Positions 29,992-41,091 of a DNA stretch of 64,000 bases are shown here, piece by piece. The position numbers and the translations under genes are program-made. This DNA comes from an uncultured Spirochaetota bacterium (GTDB lineage: Bacteria > Spirochaetota > Spirochaetia > SZUA-6 > Fen-1364): assembly GCA_963734545.1 (NCBI GenBank), contig CAVTHO010000010.1:32001-96000 (forward strand). The letters run 5' to 3'. How positions within the stretch are numbered: position 1 is the stretch's first letter; each line of letters starts with the position of its first letter. The notes below the pieces were generated by a model. It had not been told where the DNA came from. It saw only the letters and a program-made list of their open reading frames with translations, and did no database searches.

Positions 29992-32530
29992 ATGGGACAA
30001 AGTGCAGACACTGCTCCGCGGTCCCCCGCACATCCGTCACGGTATGCCATCAAGGCCCCCACAAACCTCTCCCCGCGCATCAGGGGGCTTCGCGACTTCT
30101 ACTTCCAGGGAGTGAACCGGGCGTGGAACAACGAGTTCACCTCCTGGACCACGGGCACGCCGTGGGATTTTCAGTTCAATGAGATCACGTTCTACATCGT
30201 ACCGGAGACCTACACGTTCTTCCCCACCTTCCGCGCGTCGTTTCGACAGGCGGCGCGCAGGGTCGACCTGGCGCCCGGCTTCTGGTCATGGAGCATTCCG
30301 GAGCGTCGGGCGTGGTTCGTGCGGGAGGTCATGACGAGATATCTTCCCTGCGAGCTCCTCCCGGGAGACCTGATTGCCGGAGCCCGGTTCAATCTCATGA
30401 CCTCGACCTGCATGACGCGCAGGGAAGCGGCGGCGTTCGACCGTCTGGTGGTGGGCAGGGGCGGCACGCGACGGTCTGTCCAGTGGCTGCATAACCATGG
30501 CTACGGAAATGCGGGAGCCACGAGCGGTCACCTGATCCCGGACTATCCGCGCGTCCTCAGCCGGGGCTGGAAGGACGTCTCGCGCGACATACAGGGAAAG
30601 CTCGACGCATTGTCTCCGCGGGAACGACGGGGCCCGAAAGGCGCCCAGCTTCGCGCCATGCGCACGTCGGCAGCCATGGCGCGCGACCTGGCGGCGCGCT
30701 ACGCCGCCCTCTGTGGAACACTCGCCGGGGAGACGGCGGACGGGACGCGCCGCCAGGAGCTCCTGGAGATGTCCCGCGCGCTTTCCCGGGTTCCCTGGGA
30801 ACCGGCAGACACCTTCTGGGAGGCGCTGCAATCTCTCTGGCTCACGCACATGCTGGTGATGAGCGACGAGAACTATCCCGGGCCGGGCGTCTCCTTCGGC
30901 CGGATGGACCAGTACCTCCTCCCGTACTGGGAGAGGTCGATTGCCCGAGGCATGGATCGCGAGGAGGGCAAGGAGATCCTCAAGTGCTTCTGGGTCCACT
31001 GCAACACGGCGTATGACGCAATGATCCGCACCGGCGCGCACCAGGGAATCACGGCAGGCTACGGCCAGCTCCTCTCCCTTTCCGGCATGGGACCCGGGGG
31101 GCAGGACGCGACCAACGACCTCACGTTCGCGATGCTCGAGGTGATCGATGAGATGTCCCCGATCCTGGAACCCAAGCCGAACATCCGTCTGCATCGTCAC
31201 TCCCCCGAGCCGCTCCTCGACAAGGTGGTGGACATGATCGCCGGCAGCCAGGGCGCGCCCTTCCTGCTCAACTTCGACGAGCGCTCCGTGGCAGGCATGC
31301 TCCTGGAGGCGCGATTGGCGGGCATCCAGCAGCCTGATCAACGAGGACAACGTGCACGACTATGCGTCGGTCGGCTGCCTGGAGAACACAATGGCCGGCA
31401 ACGACAGATCGGGCACGGTCGACGTCAACCTGAACCTCCTCAAGGCCGTGGAGCTTGCCTTGACCGGCGGGTACGACCTTGTTCCTTTCACCGATCCAAT
31501 GAGCGGCAGGACAGATGCCCGGGGCCGCCAGGGGCCGGACACGGGAGATCCCGCGGCATTCACCTCATTCGACGCGTTCTGGAACGCCTATGCGGCGCAG
31601 ACCCGGTTCATCATGCGACGGATCGTCGATCTGTACGAGTCGAGCGAGTCCGTCCGTGCCCGCTACCTTCCGACGCCGTATCTTTCGTGCCTCGTGCGCG
31701 GCTGCGCGGAGAAGGGTCTGGATGTCACCCAGGGAGGCGCCGAGATCGGCTTCGTGACCGTGGAAGCGGTCACCTATGCCACGACTGTGGACTCGCTTCT
31801 TGCGGTGAAATACCTCGTGTTCGATCGCAGGGTCTGCACGATGCCCGAGCTGGTTGCCGCGTTGAAAGACAACTGGGTGGGGCACGAGAAGCTGCAGGCG
31901 CTGGCGGTGAACAAGGCGCCCAAATACGGCCGGGACGACGACGAAGCCGATGCCATGGGCCGGCGGGTCATGGAAACGTGGACTGCGGAGACGTGGAAAC
32001 ACAAGACACGCTCGACGCACCGACAGTTCAGGCCGGGCATGTTGAGCTGGAATTACTGGGTCGCGGACGGCTTCATCCTCCCCGCGAGCCCCGACGGCCG
32101 GCCCAAGGGCCGGTTCCTCTCCAACGCCCTGTGTCCTTCCAATGGCGCGGACATCAATGGTCCCACGGCAAACGTCAATTCGGTCGGTACAGTGCTCGCC
32201 GGAGAGATCACCAGAAACGGAGAGCGGGAATGGCAGGATAATCTGCTGCCCAACGGGGGGAGCCATACGATCACTTTCAATCCTTCCCTCATCCGGGATG
32301 CCGAGCACCGCGCGAAGTTCAAGGCATTCCTGCGCGGATATGACCGAAACGGCGGCACGGCCCTGCAGGTCAACATGATCGACGCGGCCATGCTGCGCGA
32401 CGCGCAGGCGCATCCCGAAGACTACCGGCATCTCCTGGTGCGGGTGACCGGATACAACGCGTATTTCACGACAGTCGGCAGGGAGCTGCAGAACGAGATC
32501 ATCGCGCGCGAGTCACACGGTCTGGGATAG
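29992..32530 (+). CDS. Glycyl radical enzyme (PFL2/dehydratase-like superfamily), substrate unknown; one frameshift near 31330
   Basis: GHLIPDY, FWEALQSLW, SFGRMDQYL, NDLT, EPK; Cys loop DYASVGCLE; APKYG.DD; ASPDGR; Gly loop LLVRVTGYNAYF. Confidence 0.93.
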
Positions 32531-32536
32531 CCCGCG

Positions 32537-33511
32537 ATGACGGACGCCGAAGGACGCACCGGTCTCATCCTCCACGTGCAGCGGTTGTCCACCGAGGACG
32601 GCCCCGGTATACGGTCCACCGTGTTCTTCAAGCAGTGCCCCCTTGCCTGCCGCTGGTGCCACAATCCCGAGAGCATCTCCCCGCGGCCCGAGCTGCAGTG
32701 GTTTTCGACCCGCTGCATCGGTTGCCGATCGTGCGAAGAGGCCTGCCCGTTCGCGTGCATCAGGCTGACCGGCGAGCTGCGGATCGATCGAACGCGCTGC
32801 GACGGGTGCGGCGCCTGTGCCGCCGCCTGTCCTTCCAATGCCCTGGAGATCCTGGGAAGAACGGTCAGCGTCGATGCTCTCGCCCGGGAGCTGGTCAGAG
32901 ACCGCGCATACTACGAGTCCTCCGATGGCGGGGTGACACTCTCGGGCGGCGAGCCTCTGGCGCAGCCGGCTTTTGCCGCCGCGCTGCTTCGCAGTCTCAA
33001 GGATCTCGGCATCGCCACCGCGGTGGACACCTGCGGATTCGCCTCAGTGGACGGCCTTGCGCGGATCCTGCCGGATATCGACCTGCTTCTCTACGACCTG
33101 AAGGCGATCGATCCCGGCGTCCACCGGATCCTTACCGGCCAGACCAATGAGATCATCCTGCGCAACCTCCTTCAAATCCAGGCGATGCGACAGGCGCGGA
33201 ACGGCGGGCCGCGTCTCTGGATCCGCACGCCATTGATTCCCGGAGCCACGGCAACGGAAGCCAACCTGCGTGCCATCGGCTCCTTTCTCGCTCAACGCAT
33301 GGACGGCATGCTGGAGCGGTGGGAGCTGTGCGCGTTCAACAACCTGTGCCGTGACAAGTACAGGAGGCTGGGTATCGCGTGGGCGTACGCAGAGACACCG
33401 CTGATGAGACGAGGCGAGCTCGATGCCCTGGCCGGGTCGGCGAGATCATCCGGCATCGACCCCGCGCTCGTGACGGTCACCGGAGCTGCTCGGAGTGAAG
33501 AAGTCGAATGA
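32537..33511 (+). CDS. Glycyl-radical activating enzyme (radical SAM with ferredoxin insert)
   Basis: EDGPGIRSTVFFKQCPLACRWCHNPE, two CxxCxxCxxxCP motifs, GGVTLSGGEP. Confidence 0.95.
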   Translation: MTDAEGRTGLILHVQRLSTEDGPGIRSTVFFKQCPLACRWCHNPESISPRPELQWFSTRCIGCRSCEEACPFACIRLTGELRIDRTRCDGCGACAAACPSNALEILGRTVSVDALARELVRDRAYYESSDGGVTLSGGEPLAQPAFAAALLRSLKDLGIATAVDTCGFASVDGLARILPDIDLLLYDLKAIDPGVHRILTGQTNEIILRNLLQIQAMRQARNGGPRLWIRTPLIPGATATEANLRAIGSFLAQRMDGMLERWELCAFNNLCRDKYRRLGIAWAYAETPLMRRGELDALAGSARSSGIDPALVTVTGAARSEEVE

Positions 33512-33527
33512 GGAGGAGGCAGGCACC

Positions 33528-34385
33528 ATGAGCGATACAATGCGGCTGACGACTTTCACCGGCTCAGATATCGAAGGTCTTGCGCCTGCCATGAAAATCG
33601 GCGTGCTTGCAACGGTGAGCGAGAATGGCCTGCCGCATATGACCCTCCTGAGCAGTCTGCGCGCATCCTCACCGACCCAGCTCACCTTCGGCCAGTTCAC
33701 CGAGGGACTCAGCAAGACGAATGTCCGGCGGAATCCGCGCACCGGATTCCTGGCAATGACGCTCCAGAAGGAGCTGTGGCGAGGCACGGCGAAATTCAGT
33801 CATGTCCAGAAGGGCGGCCCGGAGTATGATGCATACAACAACGAACCCCTGTTCCGCTACAATTCGTATTTCGGTATCCATACCGTCTACTATCTGGACC
33901 TGATCGCCCACACCGGCCGGGAGAGCCTTCCCCTGGGGGGCATAGCTGCCGCTTCGCTTGCCACGGCGGCTGCGCGCGCCGCCGCGGGGACGGCGAGAGA
34001 ATGCCATGCGCTCAATCATTGGACGCGCGGGGTCATGAGTGCCATGGGTAACTTGAAGTTCGCCGCCTCTGTTGCGCCGGACGGTTATCCCAGAATCATC
34101 CCCGTTCTGCAGGCCCAGGCTGCCTCGAGGGACAGGATCCTTTTTTCTCCCCTGGTCTATGGTGACGAGCTTGAGGCCATTCCTGCCGGCGCCTGCCTTG
34201 CCGTATTCGGCATGACATTGAAAATGGAAGACGTGCTGGTGCGGGGAACCTACACGGGGATTCGAAGGATCTGCGGCATCCGCTGCGGCCAATTGGAAGT
34301 CGATTGGGTGTACAATTCCATGCCCCCGGTACCCGGCCAGATCTATCCGCCCACCGAGTGCGCGGCGGTCCGCGCATTCGAATGA
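33528..34385 (+). CDS. Tandem pyridoxamine-5'-phosphate-oxidase-like (split-barrel) protein
   Basis: Two similar halves, GVLATVSENGLPH...SKTNVRRNP and FAASVAPDGYPRIIP; strong RBS GAGGAGG. Confidence 0.7.
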   Translation: MSDTMRLTTFTGSDIEGLAPAMKIGVLATVSENGLPHMTLLSSLRASSPTQLTFGQFTEGLSKTNVRRNPRTGFLAMTLQKELWRGTAKFSHVQKGGPEYDAYNNEPLFRYNSYFGIHTVYYLDLIAHTGRESLPLGGIAAASLATAAARAAAGTARECHALNHWTRGVMSAMGNLKFAASVAPDGYPRIIPVLQAQAASRDRILFSPLVYGDELEAIPAGACLAVFGMTLKMEDVLVRGTYTGIRRICGIRCGQLEVDWVYNSMPPVPGQIYPPTECAAVRAFE

Positions 34386-34504
34386 GGATCGCGCGGCGGC
34401 CACTCGCCTCCATTTGATCCGGGTATTGCGCCAGTTCTACGGCAACTGAGCGCTGGCCGGTGCTCCGGCGTGGCCCGGCGGCGACGCACAGCGTATCTTG
34501 GTGC

Positions 34505-36725
34505 ATGACACACACACACGGCAATCATTCAGGGCATGGCGAAGGCCACAAGGAAAACAGGGCCACGAGCGGCGTTGCCGCACACGGCCGCCATGACCAC
34601 GCGCCGGCCGATCATGGAACCGGCCGCATGGCGCCGGGTCACACAGCGGACCACGGGATGAGCGCGCATGCCGGACACGGCGGGGCGCACGTCGATCACA
34701 CCGGGCACGAACAGATGTTCCGCACGCGCTTCTTCGTGTCACTGCTGCTGTCGGTCCCTGTGCTGCTCTTCAGCCAGATGCTCCAGCGCCTGCTGGGTTT
34801 CTCAATGCCTGCTTTCCCCGGCAGCGGCTGGATAGAGCCGTTCTTCTCGGTTCTCATATTCCTGTACGGGGGGCTGCCCTTCCTGCAGATGGCCCTGCCG
34901 GAGCTGCAGAACCGCAGTCCCGGGATGATGACACTCATCTCGCTCGCGATTTCCGTGGCCTTCATCTACAGCCTGGTGGCGCTGTTTCTGCCCGGTCAAA
35001 TGGGCTTTTTCTGGGAATTGGCAACCCTGATCGACATCATGCTGCTGGGTCACTGGATCGAGCAGCGCTCTGTCCGCCAGGCCTCGGGGGCTCTCAATGA
35101 GCTGGCAAAGCTCATGCCTGATACGGCCGAGCGCCTGAATACCAATGGGGGGGGTGGAGACTGTGCCCCTGGACATGCTGAGGGCCCCGGACCTGGTACT
35201 GGTACGACCGGGCGCGAGCGTCCCGGCCGACGGCGAGGTGGTCGAAGGCAGCTCGGAGGTCAGCGAGGCCATGATTACCGGGGAGTCGAAGCCGGTAAGC
35301 AAGGCTGCGGGAGACCATGTCATCGCCGGCACGATCAACGGCGACGGAAGCCTGCGGGTGCGCGTGACCGCCACCGGTGGAGACACTGCCCTGGCCGGCA
35401 TCATGCGCCTGGTGGAGCAGGCCCAGCAGAGCAAGAGCCGCACCCAGGTGCTGGCTGACAAGGCGGCCGGCTGGCTGTTCTATGTGGCCCTGGCGGTCGC
35501 GGCGCTTACCGCCGTGGCCTGGACGCTCGCCATCGGTTTCAACGTGGAGGTGATTGCGAGGGTGGCGACGGTCCTGGTCATCGCCTGCCCGCACGCCCTG
35601 GGTCTGGACATTCCGCTGGTAGTGGCGATCACGACCGCCCTTGGCGCCCGCAACGGCATCATGGTTCGGGACCGTCTGGCCATGGAAACGGCTCGTGACA
35701 TCGACACCGTCGTCTTCGACAAGACGGGAACCCTGACACAGGGCGAGTTCGCGGTTGTGGATGCCGCCCTGGCGGACAACTGGGACCAGGACCGGGCCCT
35801 TGCGCTCACTGCCGCACTGGAAGGAGATTCGGAGCATACCATCGCGAAGGGTGTCCGACGCAGCGCCGAGGAGCGCGGCCTTGCGCTCCCCGAGGTGCGC
35901 GAGTTCGAAGCGCTGAAAGGCAGAGGGGTCCGGGCGCGCTGGGAAGGAAAAACAGTGCACGTAGGCGGACCTCGGCTGCTGGAGAGCCTGGGCCTGGCGC
36001 TGCCCGAGCCCCTGGCGCGATTTGAGCGAGAGGCCAGCAGCAAGGGGAGGAGCGTCGTTCACCTGGTGGTGGACAGCCGTCCCGTTGCCAGCCTCGCGCT
36101 GAGTGACGTCATTCGACCGGAGAGCCGCGAGGCCGTGGAGCGTCTGCATCGGATGGGCGTGCAGGTCGCCATGCTCACCGGCGACAGCCAGGCGGTGGCA
36201 AGGACAGTGGCCGAGGACCTGGGCATTGACACCTGGTTTGCCGAGGTGCTGCCGGAGCACAAGGACCAGAAGGTGGCCGAGCTGCAGCGCCAGGGACGGC
36301 GGGTGGCGATGGTGGGAGACGGCGTGAACGACGCGCCCGCGCTCACCCGGGCCGATGTGGGGATTGCCATCGGCAGCGGCACCGATGTGGCGGTCGAGTC
36401 TGCCGGGATCATCCTGGTGAAGAGCAACCCGCTGGACGTGGTCAAAATCATCGCCCTCAGCAGGGCCAGCTACCGCAAGATGATCCAGAACCTGCTGTGG
36501 GCCGCCGGCTACAATGTGGTGGCCCTGCCGCTCGCGGCAGGCGTCCTTGCCCCGTGGGGGATCCTGCTCTCGCCGGCGATCGGCGCCGTGCTCATGTCGG
36601 TCAGCACCATCGTCGTGGCGCTCAACGCCCAGCTGCTGCGAAGGCAGCGTCTTGCCGCGCGCTCAGTCAGAGGCCGCGCGACGAACCCTCTCGCTTTTCC
36701 TGGCAGTCGCGACTTTCGCCCTTGA
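34505..36725 (+). CDS. copB: P1B-type copper-exporting ATPase, CopB-like; frameshift in the G run near 35150
   Basis: His-rich N-terminus, TGES, CPH in the [20 protein letters not shown] and MSxST TM motifs. Confidence 0.88.
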
Positions 36726-37149
36726 ACGACGAGATCGCGAGGATACCGTTACCGCTTCCATGGGCAGCGCGGGCTGCGTCCCGGCCAAGGGCTTCCTCCT
36801 GGAGCGGACCAGCACCGCGAGCGCGACGCAGTTGACGAGGGAAGCAGCCGCTGCCAGCGCCGACTGCTTCGGTCCCGTCCGCCCGTAGAGCTCGACGAGT
36901 CGCTACTTGCCCCTGTCGTTCGGCTGCAGGTTGGCAATGGTAAAGCTGCGCCCGCCCTGAGTGTTTCGCCTGTTCCGTGACGAAAAAACGCATGGCCGAG
37001 TGGACCGTCCGGTGCGGGTCGTGCCAATCGCGGCGCCCTCCGGGCGATACCTTCGCATCCGCAGATAGTCCTTCCGCAAATAGGTGTTTTCCCCGATACT
37101 CCGCGCTCCCCCGGCCGTATATCCTGTCCGGGAAAAAGGAGAGACAGTC

Positions 37150-38775
37150 ATGACGTCTTCCCGTCGGCTCTGCGTGATACCGGTTGCTCTGGGGCTGCTC
37201 CTTGCGGCACCCGGCTGCGTCATTGCCCAGGACACGGGCACTGCCATCCTCAGCGCGGGATTCGAAACCGGCACGACGGAGGGCTGGACGCCGCGCGGCA
37301 CCGAGACTGTCAGCGTTGCCAGCGACGTCAAGAGAACGGGAGCGTACAGCCTCCGTGTCTCAAACCGCACTTTGACGTGGAATGGCGCCCTGCACGAGCT
37401 TCCCGAGCCGCCGGCACGCGGAGTGACATACCGCATCAGCGCATGGGTCACTTACACGCAGGGTCTGGCTGCGAGACCCATCATGCTGTCCGTGGAGAAG
37501 TCCTATGCCGATCCGGAGACCCCCCACAGTTACGAGAACGTGAAGTCGGTCGTCGTGACCAAAGGTGAGTGGACTCTCCTCCAGGCGGACTATGCCGTCC
37601 CGGGCGATGGAGGCCTCAAGAGGATCGATGTATACTTCGAGACGCCGTACAAGCAGGATAGCCGGGTCACCCCGGATGACATCCACGATATCTATGTTGA
37701 CGACATCAGCATTGTCAGGCTTTCCGCCGCGGACACTGCAGCTATCCAGCAGGACATCCCCGATCTTCATTCCCTGCTTGACCGGTACTTCCCCATCGGA
37801 GCAGCCGTGCCCCCGAAGTTCGTGGATCCCGACAACATTCACTCCCGCCTGCTCCTGAAACACTTCACGGCTCTCGTGGCAGGCAATGCGATGAAGCCGG
37901 ACGCGCTGCAGCCGGCGGAAGGGGCCTTCCGCTGGACCGATGCGGACAGGATAGTCCGGTTCGGCAACTCAACGGGCATGAAGGTCCGCGGCCACACCCT
38001 TGTCTGGCACAACCAGGTCCCCGCATGGTTCTTCACCGATCCGACTGACCCGCAGAAGCCGGCATCGAGAGATCTCCTCCTGTCCCGGATGAAGACGCAT
38101 ATCCGGACGGTCATGGAGCATTTCAAGGGAGACATCGATTCGTGGGACGTCGTCAACGAGGTCCTGTCGGACCGCAGGGGACTCCGGGGCGAGGATGAGG
38201 GGTCCCGATGGCTCGCCATCATCGGGCCGGACTACATCGACAGGGCGTTCCAGCTTGCCCGGGAGGCGGATCCAAAGGCAAAGCTCGTGATCAATGACTA
38301 CAACCTGGAATCCGATCCGCGGAAGCGGAACGAGATGGCACGCCTCGTGAAGGGTCTGCGGGCGAGGAAGGTTCCGGTGGATGCGGTGGGCATGCAGATG
38401 CACATCTCGGTCACCTCCCCTTCCATTGCGGAGATCCGGAACGCAATCGAGCTGTTCGGCTCCCTCGGGGTCAAGGTGCAGGTCACCGAGATGGACGTGT
38501 CCATCTACACCGGGCCTGCGGAGGCGATGAAGAGCCCCGACAGGCAAATGCTTCTTGCGCAGGGCAGGAGATACAAGGAGCTGTTCGACCTGTTCAAGGA
38601 GGAGGCAGAGAAAGGCATCCTCGACATGGTCGTGATGTGGGGCGCCGCTGATGATGACACGTGGCTGGACGACTTCCCCGTACCGGGCAGGGCTGACGCG
38701 CCCCTTTTGTTCGACAGGCACCTGCAGGCCAAGCCGGCCTACTGGGCAATCGTCGACCCCGCGAGGATGCGATAG
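37150..38775 (+). CDS. Endo-1,4-beta-xylanase: CBM4_9/CBM22-like module plus GH10
   Basis: Signal/lipobox LAAPGC; CBM (FETGTTEGW..R...W..L...Y..IYVDD); GH10 motifs NAMKP, RGHTLVWHNQ, WDVVNE, NDYN, QMH, VTEMD. Confidence 0.92.
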   Translation: MTSSRRLCVIPVALGLLLAAPGCVIAQDTGTAILSAGFETGTTEGWTPRGTETVSVASDVKRTGAYSLRVSNRTLTWNGALHELPEPPARGVTYRISAWVTYTQGLAARPIMLSVEKSYADPETPHSYENVKSVVVTKGEWTLLQADYAVPGDGGLKRIDVYFETPYKQDSRVTPDDIHDIYVDDISIVRLSAADTAAIQQDIPDLHSLLDRYFPIGAAVPPKFVDPDNIHSRLLLKHFTALVAGNAMKPDALQPAEGAFRWTDADRIVRFGNSTGMKVRGHTLVWHNQVPAWFFTDPTDPQKPASRDLLLSRMKTHIRTVMEHFKGDIDSWDVVNEVLSDRRGLRGEDEGSRWLAIIGPDYIDRAFQLAREADPKAKLVINDYNLESDPRKRNEMARLVKGLRARKVPVDAVGMQMHISVTSPSIAEIRNAIELFGSLGVKVQVTEMDVSIYTGPAEAMKSPDRQMLLAQGRRYKELFDLFKEEAEKGILDMVVMWGAADDDTWLDDFPVPGRADAPLLFDRHLQAKPAYWAIVDPARMR

Positions 38776-38818
38776 CTGAAGCGCCACCTCGTTGTCGATG
38801 CCTCGTGGCCGCGGCTGC

Positions 38819-41075
38819 CTACCGACCGGGCAGTGTGCCGTTCACGCTATCGAGCAGCCAGTCGATGCCCGCCCCAAACTCCCATGTGCCCTTTGCCACG
38901 CCCGCGGGCAGCCTGAGCCGGCCCTGCTGATCCTTGATCGGCCCGGTGAAGGGTGTGTAGCCGCCTTGACGGAGTTGTTCGAAACGCCGCATGACAAAGT
39001 CGTAGGTGTTCATTTCACCGAGATCGGGTGCCCGCACGCGCTTCATGCGGAGCGCAGCGGTCACCTCTGGATTGACTGGGTCTCGTCCCGCTTTCAGCCG
39101 CACCGCCCCGTCGCGGATGCCCATCCACATATCGCGCGGGACCTCCCTGCCTTCGCGCGACATGTCTGCCAGGACACGCTCAAAGAGGACGCCGAGATTC
39201 TGCATCTGGCTCGAGATTAGAGATATCAGGATAGGCCTCGTATGGCGTCGAGCTGCCGAAGGCGTAGATGCGTCTCCCCCGTGAAGCTGTGGCCTTGAGA
39301 TACTCGAGGATAGCGTCCGAGTCCGCAGCGTCGTTGAAGACATCACAGCCTTCGGCGATCAGGGCTTTTGCGGCTTCCAGGGGGTTGCCCTCGGCGAAGC
39401 GAAGGAAAACCCGGGCTTTCGGATTCGTGGCCCGGACCCCGAGGGCAAAAAGGTTGACCTTGACGATCTGCCAGCTCTCCGCAACCCAGCCGATGAAGCC
39501 GATTCTGCCGCTTTGCGTAATCCCCCCGGCGATCGCCCCCATGAGGTACTGCGCCTCGCTGTCGTCGACGCCACAGGTTCGCAAATTGGAGGGCCGCGCG
39601 TCCCCGCCCGCCTGCGGCGCCTCGAACAGAACGTTCGGGTACCGGCGTGCCGCGTCGAGCACCTGTTGGTCGTAGCCGGGATATGCATTGGTAAAGATCG
39701 CCGTGCAGCCTTCCTGACGGACCAGGCGGTCGACTGCCTTCCCGAAACGCGACAACTCGACGCCTCGGACCGGTACAGACTCGAGCCAGTCACCGAGCTT
39801 CTCCTGGACGGAGCGCCTTGCCGCCTCGAAGGAAGAAAACGCGCCTCCTTGCTGGCCGAAGCCATAGTCGATGAAGCCGACTTTCATCTTCCCGGCAGGA
39901 GCAACTGGAACGTCGATTTTTGCAGCGACGCGCGGGAAGTTGACGTCGTCCCGCGTGGCCACCAATGGGTCGCTCATCAACTCCTCGGCATAAGGCAGGT
40001 CGACCATTGCCATGAAACCGTCCGGGTCCCACGAGGACCAGCTGTACCAGAACAGAGCGGCAGGATAGCGCTCCTTGATCGCGCGGATAATTCTCCTCTG
40101 GTCCCAATGCCGCGAATCAGGTGTGGGGGGCACATTACTGCCCGTTTCGCCGAAACCGAACGGCTTTCCGAAGGCGAGCATTTCCTCGTATACCCGGATT
40201 GGCATCGTTTGAGGATCATCGAAATAAAGGCTCAGGCCAACGATGTCGACGCAGTCGGCTCCCGGGTAGTAGTCCCACGGGCTGTTCTCCCAGGGCCAGG
40301 CGGGGTACGTGCTGTCGAGCCTGGGCGGGGCGCTGGGCGAAAATACAAATAGCAGGTTGTGGACGTGTTTCTGCGCGGTCAGGTAGGAATACCAGCAGCG
40401 CCAGAGGTTCTTGAACTGCGCGGGGTCCTTGTGGTGCCACCAGAACCAATTCCCGTTCACCTCGTGGAACGGGCGGAACAGGACGGCGACCCCTGCGCTC
40501 TGCAGGTCGAGGAATATCCCGGCAAGACGATCGAATGCCTCCTTGAGGTTTGCGTAGGCGGGTGTTCCCGGAGTGTAAGCGTCGGAGTAGCTGCCGGAGC
40601 CGTACGAAGTATCCCACGCATCGCCGCCCGTCCATGGATTGCCGAGATGAGCGTAGACAGTGACGAGCCCGCCGGCCCTCCAATAGTCCGCGAGTATCCG
40701 GGTTTTGCGGTCGACGTCAAGGAAAGAGGTGCTGCCATGATGGATCAGGTAGTCGGCGCCGATTATCGCCGGCCATTTCCCGGTCCGCTCGTGCAAACCG
40801 AGCACGTAATCGTAGTAGCCCTGGGGCCCGTCGGCGTGACCGATGTCCTGGCCGCTCAGAACTCTCCGGCCGCTTTGTGACGGGAGCGAATACATCCATT
40901 TGAGAAGCTCGCGCGCGTTGTCGATCGCCAGGGGGTCGGCGGGAGCCGTGCTCCTGGCGCCCGATGCCAGCGCTGCCTGGGCGAATGCCGGGAACCCCGC
41001 GCAACCGAAGACAATCGTCGCGATGACGACCAGGAATGCTGATATCGCGCTGAAGGAACCGCTGCGTCTCGCCAA
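38819..41075 (-). CDS. Secreted GH26 (beta-mannanase-like) domain fused to a BMP/PnrA-type substrate-binding domain; frameshift near 39220
   Basis: GH26: VLSGQ, FRPFHEVNGNWFWW, YYPG.D.VDIVG, KPFGFGETG. In the same frame: KMKVGFI...AARRYPNVLF...QYLMGAIAGGITQSGRIGFI...NLFALGVRATNP. BMP C-terminus PFTGPIKDQQG...IDWLLDSVNG is in ORF 38819-39346. Confidence 0.8.
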
Positions 41076-41091
41076 TCTCTTCCTCCAGATC

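Noticed and set aside
31340-32241. Arg-rich C-terminal half of the 749-aa ORF, or a split two-subunit GRE
   Set aside because: It is out-of-frame read-through after one indel; the GRE sequence continues seamlessly in ORF 31352-32530.
29992-32530. Calling the GRE pyruvate formate-lyase (pflB) or choline TMA-lyase (cutC)
   Set aside because: It lacks the PFL Cys-Cys pair, and there are no microcompartment genes or other evidence for CutC; no gene symbol is justified.
35146-35156. G homopolymer frameshift in copB as programmed phase variation
   Set aside because: Homopolymer indels are the commonest long-read error, and many other genes here are similarly broken.
37010-37027. TGGCAC on the minus strand as a sigma54 promoter
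   Set aside because: The GC element is not at GG-N10-GC spacing, and no convincing downstream gene exists.
36726-37140. Short ORFs between copB and the xylanase
   Set aside because: Several overlapping frames with no recognisable motif or clear RBS; treated as intergenic or remnant sequence.
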